This document shows, one piece after another, positions 39,436-49,058 of a stretch of 49,179 nucleotides of DNA. The notes beneath the pieces are model-generated. The model was not told the origin of the DNA. It saw nothing but the letters and a program-made list of their open reading frames with translations, and did no database searches. Numbering within the stretch: the first letter of the stretch is position 1; each line of letters opens with the position of its first letter. The translations under genes were made by a program, and so were the position numbers. Location: contig SFMP01000064.1 in NCBI GenBank assembly GCA_004554395.1, positions 1 through 49,179 of the forward strand, read 5' to 3'. The stretch comes from Myxococcales bacterium. GTDB lineage: Bacteria; Myxococcota_A; Bradymonadia; UBA4248.

Positions 39436-42276
39436 TTAGAAGGAGAAGTGGATGATTCCGAAGAGGGCGCACAGTATGATGAGGATGGCGAGGATGGCTA
39501 GAGGGTATGCGACGATGTTGATGTAGAAGTGCGCTTGTGATTTGGTGGGTGTGGCGGGGCGTTGTGCGCTCGTTTGTTGGACGGCGGGCATGGAGATGCG
39601 CGTTTTTTCGCCGTTGTCGGTGAGGTTAATGGTGGGCTCGGAGCGGTAGTTTGCGAGTACCGAGGGCGGGTCGTCGGGTGTTTTGATTCGTTCGAGTGCG
39701 TGGAGGAATTCGCCGGCGTGTGCGAAGCGTTGCGCGGGGTTTTTGTTGCAGGCTCGCATGATAACGGCTTCGATGGCGGTGCCGAACATGTTGGATGGGA
39801 GTTGTAGGTTTTCGTAGCTTTGTTTGTAGGCGATTTCGAAGAGGGAGTCGCCGACGACGGCGGGGTGGCCGGTGAGTAGCTCGTAGAAGATGAGCCCGGC
39901 GGCGTAGACGTCGGTCCAAGGGCCGAGGTGACCGCGGTTGAGTTGCTCGGGTGCCATGTATTGTGGCGTGCCGTAGACGCGTCGCGAGTCGGCCAGTGTG
40001 AGGTCTTGTGTGGCGGCATCGGCGTCGGCGCCAAGTGCTTTCGAGAGACCGAAATCGAGAATGCTGACTTGGTCGTCGTAGCCTTCTTTGTTGGCGAGCA
40101 TGATGTTGGCGGGTTTGAGATCGCGGTGGACGATTTGCAGGCGGTGGGCTTCCATGAGTCCGCTGAGGATTTGTTTCATGATGGATTTTGCGCGCGCGAA
40201 AGAGAGGGCGCCTTTGTCGATGCGTTTGTCGAGGCGCGTGCCGCGGATGAGTTCCATCGTCATCCATAGGACGTTGTGTGGGAGGAGGCCGCTGCTGTAG
40301 AGTCGGACGATGTTGGGGTGTTCGAGTCGTGAGACGATGGCGACTTCGCGTTCGAAACGCTTGTCGATGTCGTCGCATTCGGATTTTGCGCTCGGTAGGA
40401 TGAGTTTGAGGGCTTCTTCGCGGCCGAGTGTGAGGTTTTTGGCGCGATAGACGGCGCCAAAGCCGCCTTTGCCGAGCATGTCGATGATTCGGTAGTTTCC
40501 GACGGTGTCGCCGGGTTTTGGGAGCGTGTTCGAGTCGGCGTCGTCCCAGCGATTTTCGGAGCGTTCGAAGACGATGGTGCGCTCGAATTCTGAGGGCGGA
40601 ACGGTGGGAATCGACGGCATGTTGGGCGGATCGATTGTACCGAATTCTTCGGTTTCGTTGAGAAGCTGAATATTATCGCTATCGCTGGATGAATCGTGAA
40701 TATTATTCTCTGGTTCGTCTTCGCAGAAGGCGTTGATCATTTGCGTCGGCAAATCGGCGATGGCACAGACGACGTCGGAGATTTCGGGACTGTTCTCGTC
40801 GACTTTCTCGTTAGTTTTATCTTTATCTTTTTCTTTATCGCCTTTGACGTCGATCGATTTTTCGCCTTTTTTATCGACTTGGCTTTGGGCGTCGATTTTT
40901 TCGTCTTTTTTATCGACTTGGTTTTTGGCGTCGATTTTCTCGTTTTTTTCGATTTCTTTTTTATCGATCGATGATGCGGCATCGAGTTTTACGCCTTTTT
41001 TGTCGGCCAGGTTTTTGGCGTCGATTTTCTCGTCTTTTTCGATGTCTTTGGCGTCGCTCGAGTTTGGATTGGCGCTATTTTCGGCGTTTTCAATGGGCGA
41101 TTTATCGCTTGGTTTTTCGCCTTTTATACCGTTACTGGCCTTTTCGTTCGTTGCATCGGCTGCTGCTTGGGTGTTTTTATCGTCGATAGGCTTTTTATCG
41201 CTGTTTTTGTTGGCGTCGAGAATGGCTGAGAACAATTCATCGGAGCTATGGTCGTCGGTTTGTCGTTTATCGTTGTTTGGTTTTGCGTCGAGAATGGCCG
41301 AGAGCAAATCATCGGTGGTTTGGAAAGCGGGACGTTTATTGTCGTCGGACGCGTTTGCGCCTTTGCTCGATGCGCTCGATTGGTCGGAGTCGATTGCATT
41401 TGCATCGGTTGAATTTGATCCGGTTGTTGCGGGAGATTTTTTGTCTTCCGATGGCGCATTGCCCGACGATGGGGCAGGCTTGGCGACCGGAGTTTTAGCG
41501 GATCCTCTGAGGCCGATGCAGTAGGAGTCCTCGGTATCGGGTTCTGTACCGCGCGCGGGTTTGTCGTCGGCTTTTGGTGCGGTTTTGGGAGCGGATCCTC
41601 TGAGTCCTATGCAGTAGGAGTCTTCGGTATCGGATTCGGATATGCCAGTGGTTTTATGCGCGGGTTCTTTTGCGTAGCCTCTGAGTCCTATGCAGTAGGA
41701 GTCTTCGGTATCGGGGTGCGATGTGTCGGATGTGGCGGGCTGGACAGGGGCGACGGCTGGGATTGCGCGGTTCGATAGATGCGACTGGCTAGGCGCCGTC
41801 GTTTTTAGCGATTCGAACGACTTGGCTGCAGGGATCGAGCGGCGCGAATCGCGCTTTTCGCCTGGTTTGAGTGCGTCGAGCGGGGCGGCCGCCGCGGGGA
41901 TCGAACGGCGCGAATCGGCGCGTTTCATCGATGGGAGAGGGGGGGCAAGGCGCGTTTCGTTTGCTTTGATGGGTTCGAGCGGTTTGGCTGCGGGGATGCT
42001 GCGATGTGAATCGCGTTTTTGTGGCGCTGGAGACGCATTGGCAGTTTGTTCGACGGGATCGAGCAATTCCGTGGGTTTTGCGCCGTCGGCCGCAGCGACG
42101 GGATCGTCGGGGACTGCCGGATTTGAATCTAATTCGATGGAATCGGCTGATTCATCGAATTGAGATTGGGTCGTCGTTTGCGTAGCAGAATTTGATTCTG
42201 ATACTGTACGATTGTTGTTGGTGTTGTCGTTGAGTTCGCTCATCGTCGGCATCCGTCGTTTGAATTCCCGTGGCAA
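39436..42276 (-). CDS. Hanks-type Ser/Thr protein kinase with a long repeat-rich N-terminal region and a C-terminal TM anchor
   Basis: Kinase motifs GKGGFGAVYRAK, ALKLI, HRDLKPANIML, DFGLSK and GTPQYMAPEQ in the C-terminal third. The tail is YPLAILAILIILCALFGII. The real start may be the MSELND Met at 42243. Confidence 0.9.
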   Translation of the reverse strand: MPREFKRRMPTMSELNDNTNNNRTVSESNSATQTTTQSQFDESADSIELDSNPAVPDDPVAAADGAKPTELLDPVEQTANASPAPQKRDSHRSIPAAKPLEPIKANETRLAPPLPSMKRADSRRSIPAAAAPLDALKPGEKRDSRRSIPAAKSFESLKTTAPSQSHLSNRAIPAVAPVQPATSDTSHPDTEDSYCIGLRGYAKEPAHKTTGISESDTEDSYCIGLRGSAPKTAPKADDKPARGTEPDTEDSYCIGLRGSAKTPVAKPAPSSGNAPSEDKKSPATTGSNSTDANAIDSDQSSASSKGANASDDNKRPAFQTTDDLLSAILDAKPNNDKRQTDDHSSDELFSAILDANKNSDKKPIDDKNTQAAADATNEKASNGIKGEKPSDKSPIENAENSANPNSSDAKDIEKDEKIDAKNLADKKGVKLDAASSIDKKEIEKNEKIDAKNQVDKKDEKIDAQSQVDKKGEKSIDVKGDKEKDKDKTNEKVDENSPEISDVVCAIADLPTQMINAFCEDEPENNIHDSSSDSDNIQLLNETEEFGTIDPPNMPSIPTVPPSEFERTIVFERSENRWDDADSNTLPKPGDTVGNYRIIDMLGKGGFGAVYRAKNLTLGREEALKLILPSAKSECDDIDKRFEREVAIVSRLEHPNIVRLYSSGLLPHNVLWMTMELIRGTRLDKRIDKGALSFARAKSIMKQILSGLMEAHRLQIVHRDLKPANIMLANKEGYDDQVSILDFGLSKALGADADAATQDLTLADSRRVYGTPQYMAPEQLNRGHLGPWTDVYAAGLIFYELLTGHPAVVGDSLFEIAYKQSYENLQLPSNMFGTAIEAVIMRACNKNPAQRFAHAGEFLHALERIKTPDDPPSVLANYRSEPTINLTDNGEKTRISMPAVQQTSAQRPATPTKSQAHFYINIVAYPLAILAILIILCALFGIIHFSF

Positions 42277-42556
42277 AGTGCCAACGGTTTAATTGCCTCC
42301 GGCATTGGGCCAGGGGGGCAATGGCACGATTGAATGTCGGTAATTATACGACATTTGGAGCAGTGGAGGCAAAAAATTAATCGTTCTTTTGCTCGCGATG
42401 TCTTTTGTTTTCGCGTTGGATAATTCCATTTTTGGGGGCACGAAGATGAACAAAATTCAGTTTTGAGTTTGATGAATTGAATTTTGCGCATGTATGGGGC
42501 ATTTGGGATAGATCTAGCTCAACAATCCGCGTCACGGCAATGGTGGAGCGGAAACG

Positions 42557-42580
42557 AAAAAGCCCGCGCAAAGCGCGGGC
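42557..42580 (-). terminator. Rho-independent terminator (second, distal copy) downstream of the GH57 gene
   Basis: Minus strand reads GCCCGCGC-TTT-GCGCGGGC followed by TTTTTCGTTTCC. Confidence 0.75.
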
Positions 42581-42664
42581 GGGTTTAGAACGCGATAGAT
42601 CTAGGGCGATTTGGATAGATCTAGCTCAACAATCCGCGTCACGGCAATGGAGTGAGCGGAAACG

Positions 42665-42688
42665 AAAAAGCCCGCGCAAAGCGCGGGC
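42665..42688 (-). terminator. Rho-independent terminator (first, proximal copy) downstream of the GH57 gene
   Basis: Same perfect 8-bp GC stem plus TTTTT on the minus strand, about 45 nt after the stop at 42733. Confidence 0.8.
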
Positions 42689-42732
42689 GGGTTTAGAACG
42701 CGATAGATCTAGGTCGATTTGCACGAAGGGAA

Positions 42733-44367
42733 TTAATCGTCGTCGGAGGTGTAGACGGCGCCGGCATGTGGATGTCGGTCGACGGGCATATAGGCGCGGT
42801 AGTCGATTTCTTGGAAGATGTTATCTTTCCATTCGAGCTCGGAAATCCATTGGGGTTCGAGTCGATTTTCGACGATTTGTGCATAGATGCCGTTGAATCG
42901 AGCGATATGGTCGCGCGTTCGTTTTTCGGCGTATTCGACCGAAGTATTTGTCGTGATGATGAACGCCCAGTCGGAGGCTTGTGCCAAGAGGAGTTCGCGC
43001 GCGGCTTGATTGAGAGCGCGTTTGAGGTCGCCTTGGGCGTCGGGGAATCGCTGGCAGAGTTCGACCATGCGTTCTTCGGCGCAGTGGAGGTGTGGGTAGA
43101 TCCAGTCGTTTCCGTCGTTGAGCCAGACTTCGAAGAAGCCGTTTGCGCCCCAGCTCGAGAGGCATGGCATGACTTCTTGGTGAACGGTTTCGATTTGTAG
43201 GTATTCGCTCGGGGTAATCATGCGGATTTCGTCTTGGTCGCAGGCGGCTTTTCGCATGAGCATTTCGAGGAATTTCGGGCCTTCGTACCACCAATGCCCG
43301 TAGAGTTCGGCGTCATAAGGCGCGGTGATATGGGGTGTGGTGCCCAAGACTTGCTTAAGGTAGCGGCATTGCGCTTGTCGATTGAAGAGGAAGTTTCCGG
43401 CGTGATCGGCGGCGCGGTCGGCAGCCCAATTGGGGACGTAGGGTTCTTTTCGGTCGAGGGGGACTTTGCCCGTGATTCGGAAGAATTTGAGCCCTGTATT
43501 GCGTCGCACGCCGTCGGCGTGGAGGTAGGGGCGCACCTCGGCATAGGGGAGGTCGAACCCGCAGTCGCGGTAGAATTCGCGGTAATCGGGGTGGCCGGGG
43601 TATCCGATTTCGGCGCTCCAAACTTGCCGCGACGATTCGAGATCGCGGGCAAAGGCGGCGACGCCGCCGGGCGTGATGACGGGGCGGAACGTGCCGTATC
43701 GAGCGGGCGGATTGCTCTGTGTGAGTCCGTGGGATTCGAGGATGAAGAAAGTAATGCCGTTTTCGGCCAAGAGGGCATCGATTCCGGGGACGAAAGCGCA
43801 TTCGGGTAGCCAGATACCGCGCGGAGCGCGTCCGAAGTGCTTTTTATAGTTGTTGACGGCGATGCTGATTTGGGCGCGACGCGCCTCGTCGGTCGCCATG
43901 AGGGGCAAAAATCCGTGCGTCGCGCCGCACGTGATGATTTCTAAGACGCCGTCGTCTTGGAATTTCTTGAACACGGGTAGGAGTTGGCGATTCCATTCGT
44001 TTTCGAAAAGTCGCTTTGTTTCGGCGATTTCGTCGGCTTGCGCGGCGGCGGCATCTTGGAATGGGGTGCCGATTTTTTCTTTGCGCATGAGTTCGGCGAG
44101 CTCGGAGAGCTTGTCGATGTGATGAACGTAGCGTTCTTGGAGCAAGGGATCGGCGAGCATTTCGCACAGCGGCGGCGTGAGGCTCATCGTGAGGCGGAAA
44201 TAGATTTTGTCGTCGCACAGACGACGCATCATGCGCAAAAGCGGGATATACGTCTCTGTCATGGCCTCGAACAACCAGTCTTCTTCGAGGAAGTCGGGGT
44301 ATTCGGGGTGACGGATGAACGGGAGGTGTGCATGCAGGACGATGCTGAGATAGCCTTGTAAACTCAT
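42733..44367 (-). CDS. GH57-family 1,4-alpha-glucan branching enzyme (with a DUF1957-type C-terminal domain)
   Basis: N-terminus GYLSIVLHAHLPFIRHPEYPDFLEEDWLFEAMTETYIPLL is characteristic of GH57 branching enzymes. 544 aa. Confidence 0.88.
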   Translation of the reverse strand: MSLQGYLSIVLHAHLPFIRHPEYPDFLEEDWLFEAMTETYIPLLRMMRRLCDDKIYFRLTMSLTPPLCEMLADPLLQERYVHHIDKLSELAELMRKEKIGTPFQDAAAAQADEIAETKRLFENEWNRQLLPVFKKFQDDGVLEIITCGATHGFLPLMATDEARRAQISIAVNNYKKHFGRAPRGIWLPECAFVPGIDALLAENGITFFILESHGLTQSNPPARYGTFRPVITPGGVAAFARDLESSRQVWSAEIGYPGHPDYREFYRDCGFDLPYAEVRPYLHADGVRRNTGLKFFRITGKVPLDRKEPYVPNWAADRAADHAGNFLFNRQAQCRYLKQVLGTTPHITAPYDAELYGHWWYEGPKFLEMLMRKAACDQDEIRMITPSEYLQIETVHQEVMPCLSSWGANGFFEVWLNDGNDWIYPHLHCAEERMVELCQRFPDAQGDLKRALNQAARELLLAQASDWAFIITTNTSVEYAEKRTRDHIARFNGIYAQIVENRLEPQWISELEWKDNIFQEIDYRAYMPVDRHPHAGAVYTSDDD

Positions 44368-44473
44368 AAATGCATCCTTGAATATATCGATAAGGCGTAG
44401 AGCCGTTTAATCAGAAGAAAGAAACCGCATCGCTTTGCAGTCGAAAGGAAATCGCACTGCAAGGGATAGCGAT

Positions 44474-45598
44474 TTATCGGCGAACGAGTTTATCGGAGCT
44501 TGCAAAGCCGCCGATATGCGAGTCAGATGAAGGCGTGTCGGAGAGACGCCCGAAGCGCGACGAGGTCGCGTCTTTGGGCATGTTCTGTTCGTCGAGTGCG
44601 CGGTTATAGCCGCCCCCCGTCCAAACGACGCCCAGCGCTTGAGCTTGTGCCTGCGCCACGACGGCATCGTAGCCCGGGGCTCGCCCTTGTGCAGGCGCTT
44701 CGTAGACGACTTGATGATGATTAAAATCGACCCAGCGTTCTCCGTGATCGATCGCCAATTGCGCAATACCGAGCTGTTGCGCAATGCGAATGCGCGATTC
44801 GAGCCGGACTTCGCTATGGCCGCTTTCGTCGATGAGCGAGAGCGTGACGCGCGAAACGCGAGCCGTTGGAACGCGGAAATAACCGCGACCACTGCGTCGC
44901 ATGGGCGACGTGAACGATTGCAAAACATTGCCCGAGGCATCGTAGGCCGTGAGAATCCAGCCATTGGGGCTTTCAAATGTCGTATTCCAGTAGACGAAAA
45001 GTGTGCCCGGATCGCGGATAAGGGCATACAAACACGTCCCTGGAATGTACTCTGGAAGAATAGCACCGCGATCGATGAAAATCGAATCGGGTTCGCGCAG
45101 TTCTTCTTTCGCGGCTTTCTCGTCGTCTACTTCGTCGATTTCTGCATCATCTTCGAGATCTTCGTCGATTTTTGCATTATCTTCGAGATCTTTTGCCGAT
45201 TTATCGTCGATATTCGAGCCTTTGCCGGCTTTTGATCCAGCGCGTTTTGCCTTTGGTTTCGCGGTCGACGATTTGGCCGATTTCTTCGCCGATTTATCGT
45301 CGTCTTCGGCGCTATCGTCCGATTTCGCCGCTTTATCGGTTTTCGTCGAGTTATCGGTTTTTGCCGATTTATCGCCAGCTTTAGCCGCCTTATCGGTTTT
45401 CGTCGCTTTATCGCCAGCTTTTACACTTTCTTTTTCTGCCAAGACATCGGCGATGACGGCGTTAGCCGCTTTCCCCGTGGCTTCGATGGCTTCGATGAGA
45501 TCTTTTTGCTTAAGCGTCGATATGCGCTTAATTCCAAGGCGTTTTGCGCATTCGCGCAAATCCTTGACCGTCATTGCCGTTAACTGCGTATTATCCAT
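44474..45598 (-). CDS. DUF4912-domain protein with a Rho_N-like N-terminal helix bundle and a Lys/Asp-rich linker
   Basis: LTAMTVKDLRECAKRLGIKRISTLKQKDLIEAIE is Rho N-terminal-like. ...LPEYIPGTCLYALIRDPGTLFVYWN is a DUF4912 start. This is the typical neighbour of GH57 genes. Confidence 0.8.
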   Translation of the reverse strand: MDNTQLTAMTVKDLRECAKRLGIKRISTLKQKDLIEAIEATGKAANAVIADVLAEKESVKAGDKATKTDKAAKAGDKSAKTDNSTKTDKAAKSDDSAEDDDKSAKKSAKSSTAKPKAKRAGSKAGKGSNIDDKSAKDLEDNAKIDEDLEDDAEIDEVDDEKAAKEELREPDSIFIDRGAILPEYIPGTCLYALIRDPGTLFVYWNTTFESPNGWILTAYDASGNVLQSFTSPMRRSGRGYFRVPTARVSRVTLSLIDESGHSEVRLESRIRIAQQLGIAQLAIDHGERWVDFNHHQVVYEAPAQGRAPGYDAVVAQAQAQALGVVWTGGGYNRALDEQNMPKDATSSRFGRLSDTPSSDSHIGGFASSDKLVRR

Positions 45599-45909
45599 AG
45601 CGTTAAGGTCTCCTTCGTGCGTGGAGTATCGTATTTTACTTCGTGTTATTTGCTATAAACCGATATCTCGCCGTCGCCAAAGGTGCTCGCAAGATTTCGA
45701 TTTTTCGCCCCTTTCTCTATCACAAACGCCTTTTCAATTAAAGCATAACAGAGTGACATGTAGGTAAATTTTTGCCGATTTGGCGCGTCGTTCAAAAAGT
45801 GGTGTCGAAAAGGTCGGAATGTCTTTTGAGATTGCGAAGCGATATGATAGTGTGCGACGGTATATGCGCTTAGCACGTATATGAAATTGACGCAAAGAGG
45901 TGCGACAGG

Positions 45910-48102
45910 ATGGAGCTTCGTACGGGCGATGAAATAGCGGGGAAATATCGCATAGTATCGAGATTAGGGGGGGGCAATATGGGTTCGGTTTACGAAGCCG
46001 AACACATCTACATGCCCAAACGCTTTGCGATAAAGGTTCTCCACAGCGATGTTGCGATGAAAGAGACGAATGTCGAGCGATTTCGACGCGAAGCCGAGGC
46101 GGCTTGTGCACTCGATCATCCCAATATTTGTACGGCTGTTGACTTTGGCGAGCTCGCGTCGGGCGAGCTCTATTTTGTGATGGAGCGGCTCAATGGCGAA
46201 ACGCTGACGCATCGACTCAGTGCCGTGGGGCGTTTGTCGCCTCTCGATGCCTCGTTCATCATGCGTCAGCTCTTGAGCGCCCTCCAATGTGCCAGCGAAC
46301 ACGGCGTCGTCCATCGCGATGTGAAACCCGATAACATGATGTTGACGACGAAAAATGGCGCCGCCAATATCGTCAAATTGTTTGATTTCGGCATTGCTCA
46401 CGTCGATCCCGTGCCTGGGCGCGAAGGCGGAACGCTCACCCATGCCGGTGAAATCTATGGCACGCCTCAATACATGGCTCCGGAGCAAATCGTCGGCGAT
46501 TGCGAAATCGATGCGCGCGCCGACCTCTACGCCGCCGGTTGCGTCTTCTTCGAAATGCTCACCGGCAAAACCGTCTTTGTCGGCGCCAATTACGTCGAAT
46601 TATTCCACTGCCAGCTGAGCGAAAAACCGCCTCACATCGACGATTCCATCGATCAACACGAAAAATTCGATGCGATCGTCCAAAAACTCCTCGAGAAAGA
46701 CCCGGCCAATCGCTACCAAACGGCTGCCGACGCCATTGCCGACCTCGACAAAGTCATCATCTCGCTTTCGGGCAATCCGCTCGAATTCGTCACATCGGTC
46801 ATGGGTGGGCAAGTTTTGTCGCCATCACAAGAAATCGATCGAAACATTGCCGCACGTGCCGTTCAAGCCGCTCAAAATGCCCAAAATGGCGCGGAAAATA
46901 CGGCTCATTCGGCGGCTACTGCCGTCGGCGTCGCACCCGTGACGCAAGAAGCAATGGCATCTGGCGCCGATCAAGCCAATGCGAGCGATAAACAAGCCAC
47001 CGCAGGGGCAAATCAAGCCAACGACGCCGATCGCTCGGGGCTCGATGCCGAAGAAACGCTCAAACCGGCCAAAGGCAAACCCGATCTCCGAAAGATCACC
47101 ATCACCATCACCGATCCGAAGGCGCTCGCCAGTTCGATTACGGCAGATATCAAAAACCTCATTCCGAAAGACATCAAAGCCGACCTGCGAGCGGCGATTC
47201 CCAAAACCGAGGGCGGAAAACGCGGTCTCATCGTCATCGTCGCCGTCTGCGTCATCGGCGTTCTACTCGCTCTTGCCCTCATCTTGGCATTTAATAAGGT
47301 GTTATTTGGCCCGGGCGGCGACACGGTCGAATCGATCGACGACGATACGGGCACGGTCATCTACCAAGAGGCGCAAAAAGCGGCCAGCTCGAAGCCTCAA
47401 CCCTATAATTACGATGAAAAATACAAAATTTCGTACGACAGCGAGCTGAGCAAAGACCAAAACGTCGTGTCGGCGGCCGAGAATTTGTTGGCCGGAAACT
47501 ACGATCAAGCGCTCGTATCGCTACAGGCGGTGAAATCGACTTATATGCCGCACCCGAATTTCAAGCGCCTCTATCTCGTCGCACTCTACAGCGTGAAAAA
47601 AGCCGACCGCGACTACGACGAAATCTATACCGTGCTCGTCGACTTGCTCAAAGTCGTTCCCGACGCGTCGCGCAATCCATCGGTTGCAGAAATCGTCTAC
47701 GATTTCATGAATTCTCGCGAACAATACAAGCGCATGACGGCGCTATTGCAAGAGCACATGCCCGTAACCGAAATCGCTCGACTCATCATATCGTCGCCAT
47801 TCGATCGCTACGAAGTCCGAAAAGAACGGCTCTTGGCGACATACGACGCCATGGATACATCGCGCGTTCCAAAATGGCTCAAAACGGGCGTCGCCATTTG
47901 GCGCACAGGGGTCAAAGATTGCCGAGAACGGCTCGAAATCCTCGAAGCCTATGGCGAAGTCGACCAAGAACTCTACGAAAACGTCTTGCTTCCGCTCGAT
48001 TCGATGAAAAAATGCTACTATTCCAAGTTCATGCGCAAAGATTGTCATGGATGTTTGCGCGATTTCATCGATGTCGAGAAGACGCGACGTAGCGCAAAAT
48101 AA
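45910..48102 (+). CDS. Hanks-type Ser/Thr protein kinase, N-terminal kinase, one TM, C-terminal helical-repeat sensor-like domain
   Basis: GGGNMGSVYEAEH, AIKVL, HRDVKPDNMML, DFGIAH and GTPQYMAPEQ. TM segment LIVIVAVCVIGVLLALALILAF. Confidence 0.92.
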   Translation: MELRTGDEIAGKYRIVSRLGGGNMGSVYEAEHIYMPKRFAIKVLHSDVAMKETNVERFRREAEAACALDHPNICTAVDFGELASGELYFVMERLNGETLTHRLSAVGRLSPLDASFIMRQLLSALQCASEHGVVHRDVKPDNMMLTTKNGAANIVKLFDFGIAHVDPVPGREGGTLTHAGEIYGTPQYMAPEQIVGDCEIDARADLYAAGCVFFEMLTGKTVFVGANYVELFHCQLSEKPPHIDDSIDQHEKFDAIVQKLLEKDPANRYQTAADAIADLDKVIISLSGNPLEFVTSVMGGQVLSPSQEIDRNIAARAVQAAQNAQNGAENTAHSAATAVGVAPVTQEAMASGADQANASDKQATAGANQANDADRSGLDAEETLKPAKGKPDLRKITITITDPKALASSITADIKNLIPKDIKADLRAAIPKTEGGKRGLIVIVAVCVIGVLLALALILAFNKVLFGPGGDTVESIDDDTGTVIYQEAQKAASSKPQPYNYDEKYKISYDSELSKDQNVVSAAENLLAGNYDQALVSLQAVKSTYMPHPNFKRLYLVALYSVKKADRDYDEIYTVLVDLLKVVPDASRNPSVAEIVYDFMNSREQYKRMTALLQEHMPVTEIARLIISSPFDRYEVRKERLLATYDAMDTSRVPKWLKTGVAIWRTGVKDCRERLEILEAYGEVDQELYENVLLPLDSMKKCYYSKFMRKDCHGCLRDFIDVEKTRRSAK

Positions 48103-48144
48103 CACATAAAATCACATAAAAATCACATATAATATGGATACATC

Positions 48145-48996
48145 ATGGAACATCTTTCATCGTGGAAACAAACGATAGAATTGGCACTTGCCGCGCGCGA
48201 TGTCGACGGCGATCACGATATGAGCGCCGCACATGCGGCATTTGAATCGTTTCTCGAAGCACTCGAATCGGGCGAATGCCGAGCCGCTAGCCCCGATGCC
48301 AGCGGTCATTGGCACGTCGCACGAGACGTCAAACAGCTCATATTATATGGTTTTCGCCTTGGTCGCCTCGTCGAATCGCATTCGCACGACGCCCATTTCT
48401 GCGACAAGCACAATCTCTGGCCCGCCCAGCAATCGCTCGCCACGCGCGGCATTCGCATCGTTCCCGGCGGCACGGCTGTCCGTCGTGGCGCATTTCTCGG
48501 CGCAGGCGTCACCATCATGGCACCCGCCTACGTCAACATCGGCGCATATATCGGGCGCGGCACGATGATCGACTCGCACGTCACAGTCGGTTCATGCGCA
48601 CAAGTCGGCGAAAACTGCCATATTTCGGCCGCCGCTCAACTCGGTGGCGTCCTCGAACCCGTCGGCGCACTTCCCGTCATCGTCGAAGATACAGCATTTA
48701 TCGGCGGAAACTCGGGGGTCTACGAGGGCACACACATCCACCGCGGCGCCGTCATCGCCACCGGCACGATTATCACGCGCGCCACTCCCATCTACGACCT
48801 CGTCAACGAAACCGTCATTCGCCCCATCGATGGCGTCCTCCACGTCCCCGAAAACGCCGTCGTCGTTCCCGGCTCTCGCGCCGTCGACACGCCATTTGCC
48901 CGCCAAAACGGCCTCAGCCTCTACGCCCCCATCATCGTCAAATATCGCGACGATAAAACAGCCGCCTCCGTCGTCCTCGAATCGATCTTGCGCTAA
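48145..48996 (+). CDS. dapD: 2,3,4,5-tetrahydropyridine-2,6-dicarboxylate N-succinyltransferase (DapD)
   Basis: Left-handed beta-helix hexapeptide region ...RIVPGGTAVRRGAFLGAGVTIMAPAYVNIGAYIGRGTMIDSHVTVGSCAQVGENCHISAAAQLGGVLEP...VIVEDTAFIGGNS..., 283 aa. Confidence 0.92.
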   Translation: MEHLSSWKQTIELALAARDVDGDHDMSAAHAAFESFLEALESGECRAASPDASGHWHVARDVKQLILYGFRLGRLVESHSHDAHFCDKHNLWPAQQSLATRGIRIVPGGTAVRRGAFLGAGVTIMAPAYVNIGAYIGRGTMIDSHVTVGSCAQVGENCHISAAAQLGGVLEPVGALPVIVEDTAFIGGNSGVYEGTHIHRGAVIATGTIITRATPIYDLVNETVIRPIDGVLHVPENAVVVPGSRAVDTPFARQNGLSLYAPIIVKYRDDKTAASVVLESILR

Positions 48997-49058
48997 AATT
49001 CGACGTTTTCTTTGCGCATTCTGTCGATTTTTATTGATATTCTGATTTTTTTATTTTT

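Larger units (their letters stand above)
42499..42720. repeat. Tandem duplication (period 107 bp) of a cassette bounded by GATAGATCTAG and containing a strong terminator hairpin
   Basis: GATAGATCTAG occurs at 42507, 42594, 42614 and 42702. The two units differ by one substitution and one 1-nt indel in the segment I aligned. Confidence 0.9.

Noticed and set aside
44407-45066. 219-aa minus-strand ORF overlapping the DUF4912 gene
   Set aside because: It is out of frame with 44474-45598, which contains the Rho_N-like and DUF4912 motifs. The alternative frame is Arg/Ser-rich with no recognisable features.
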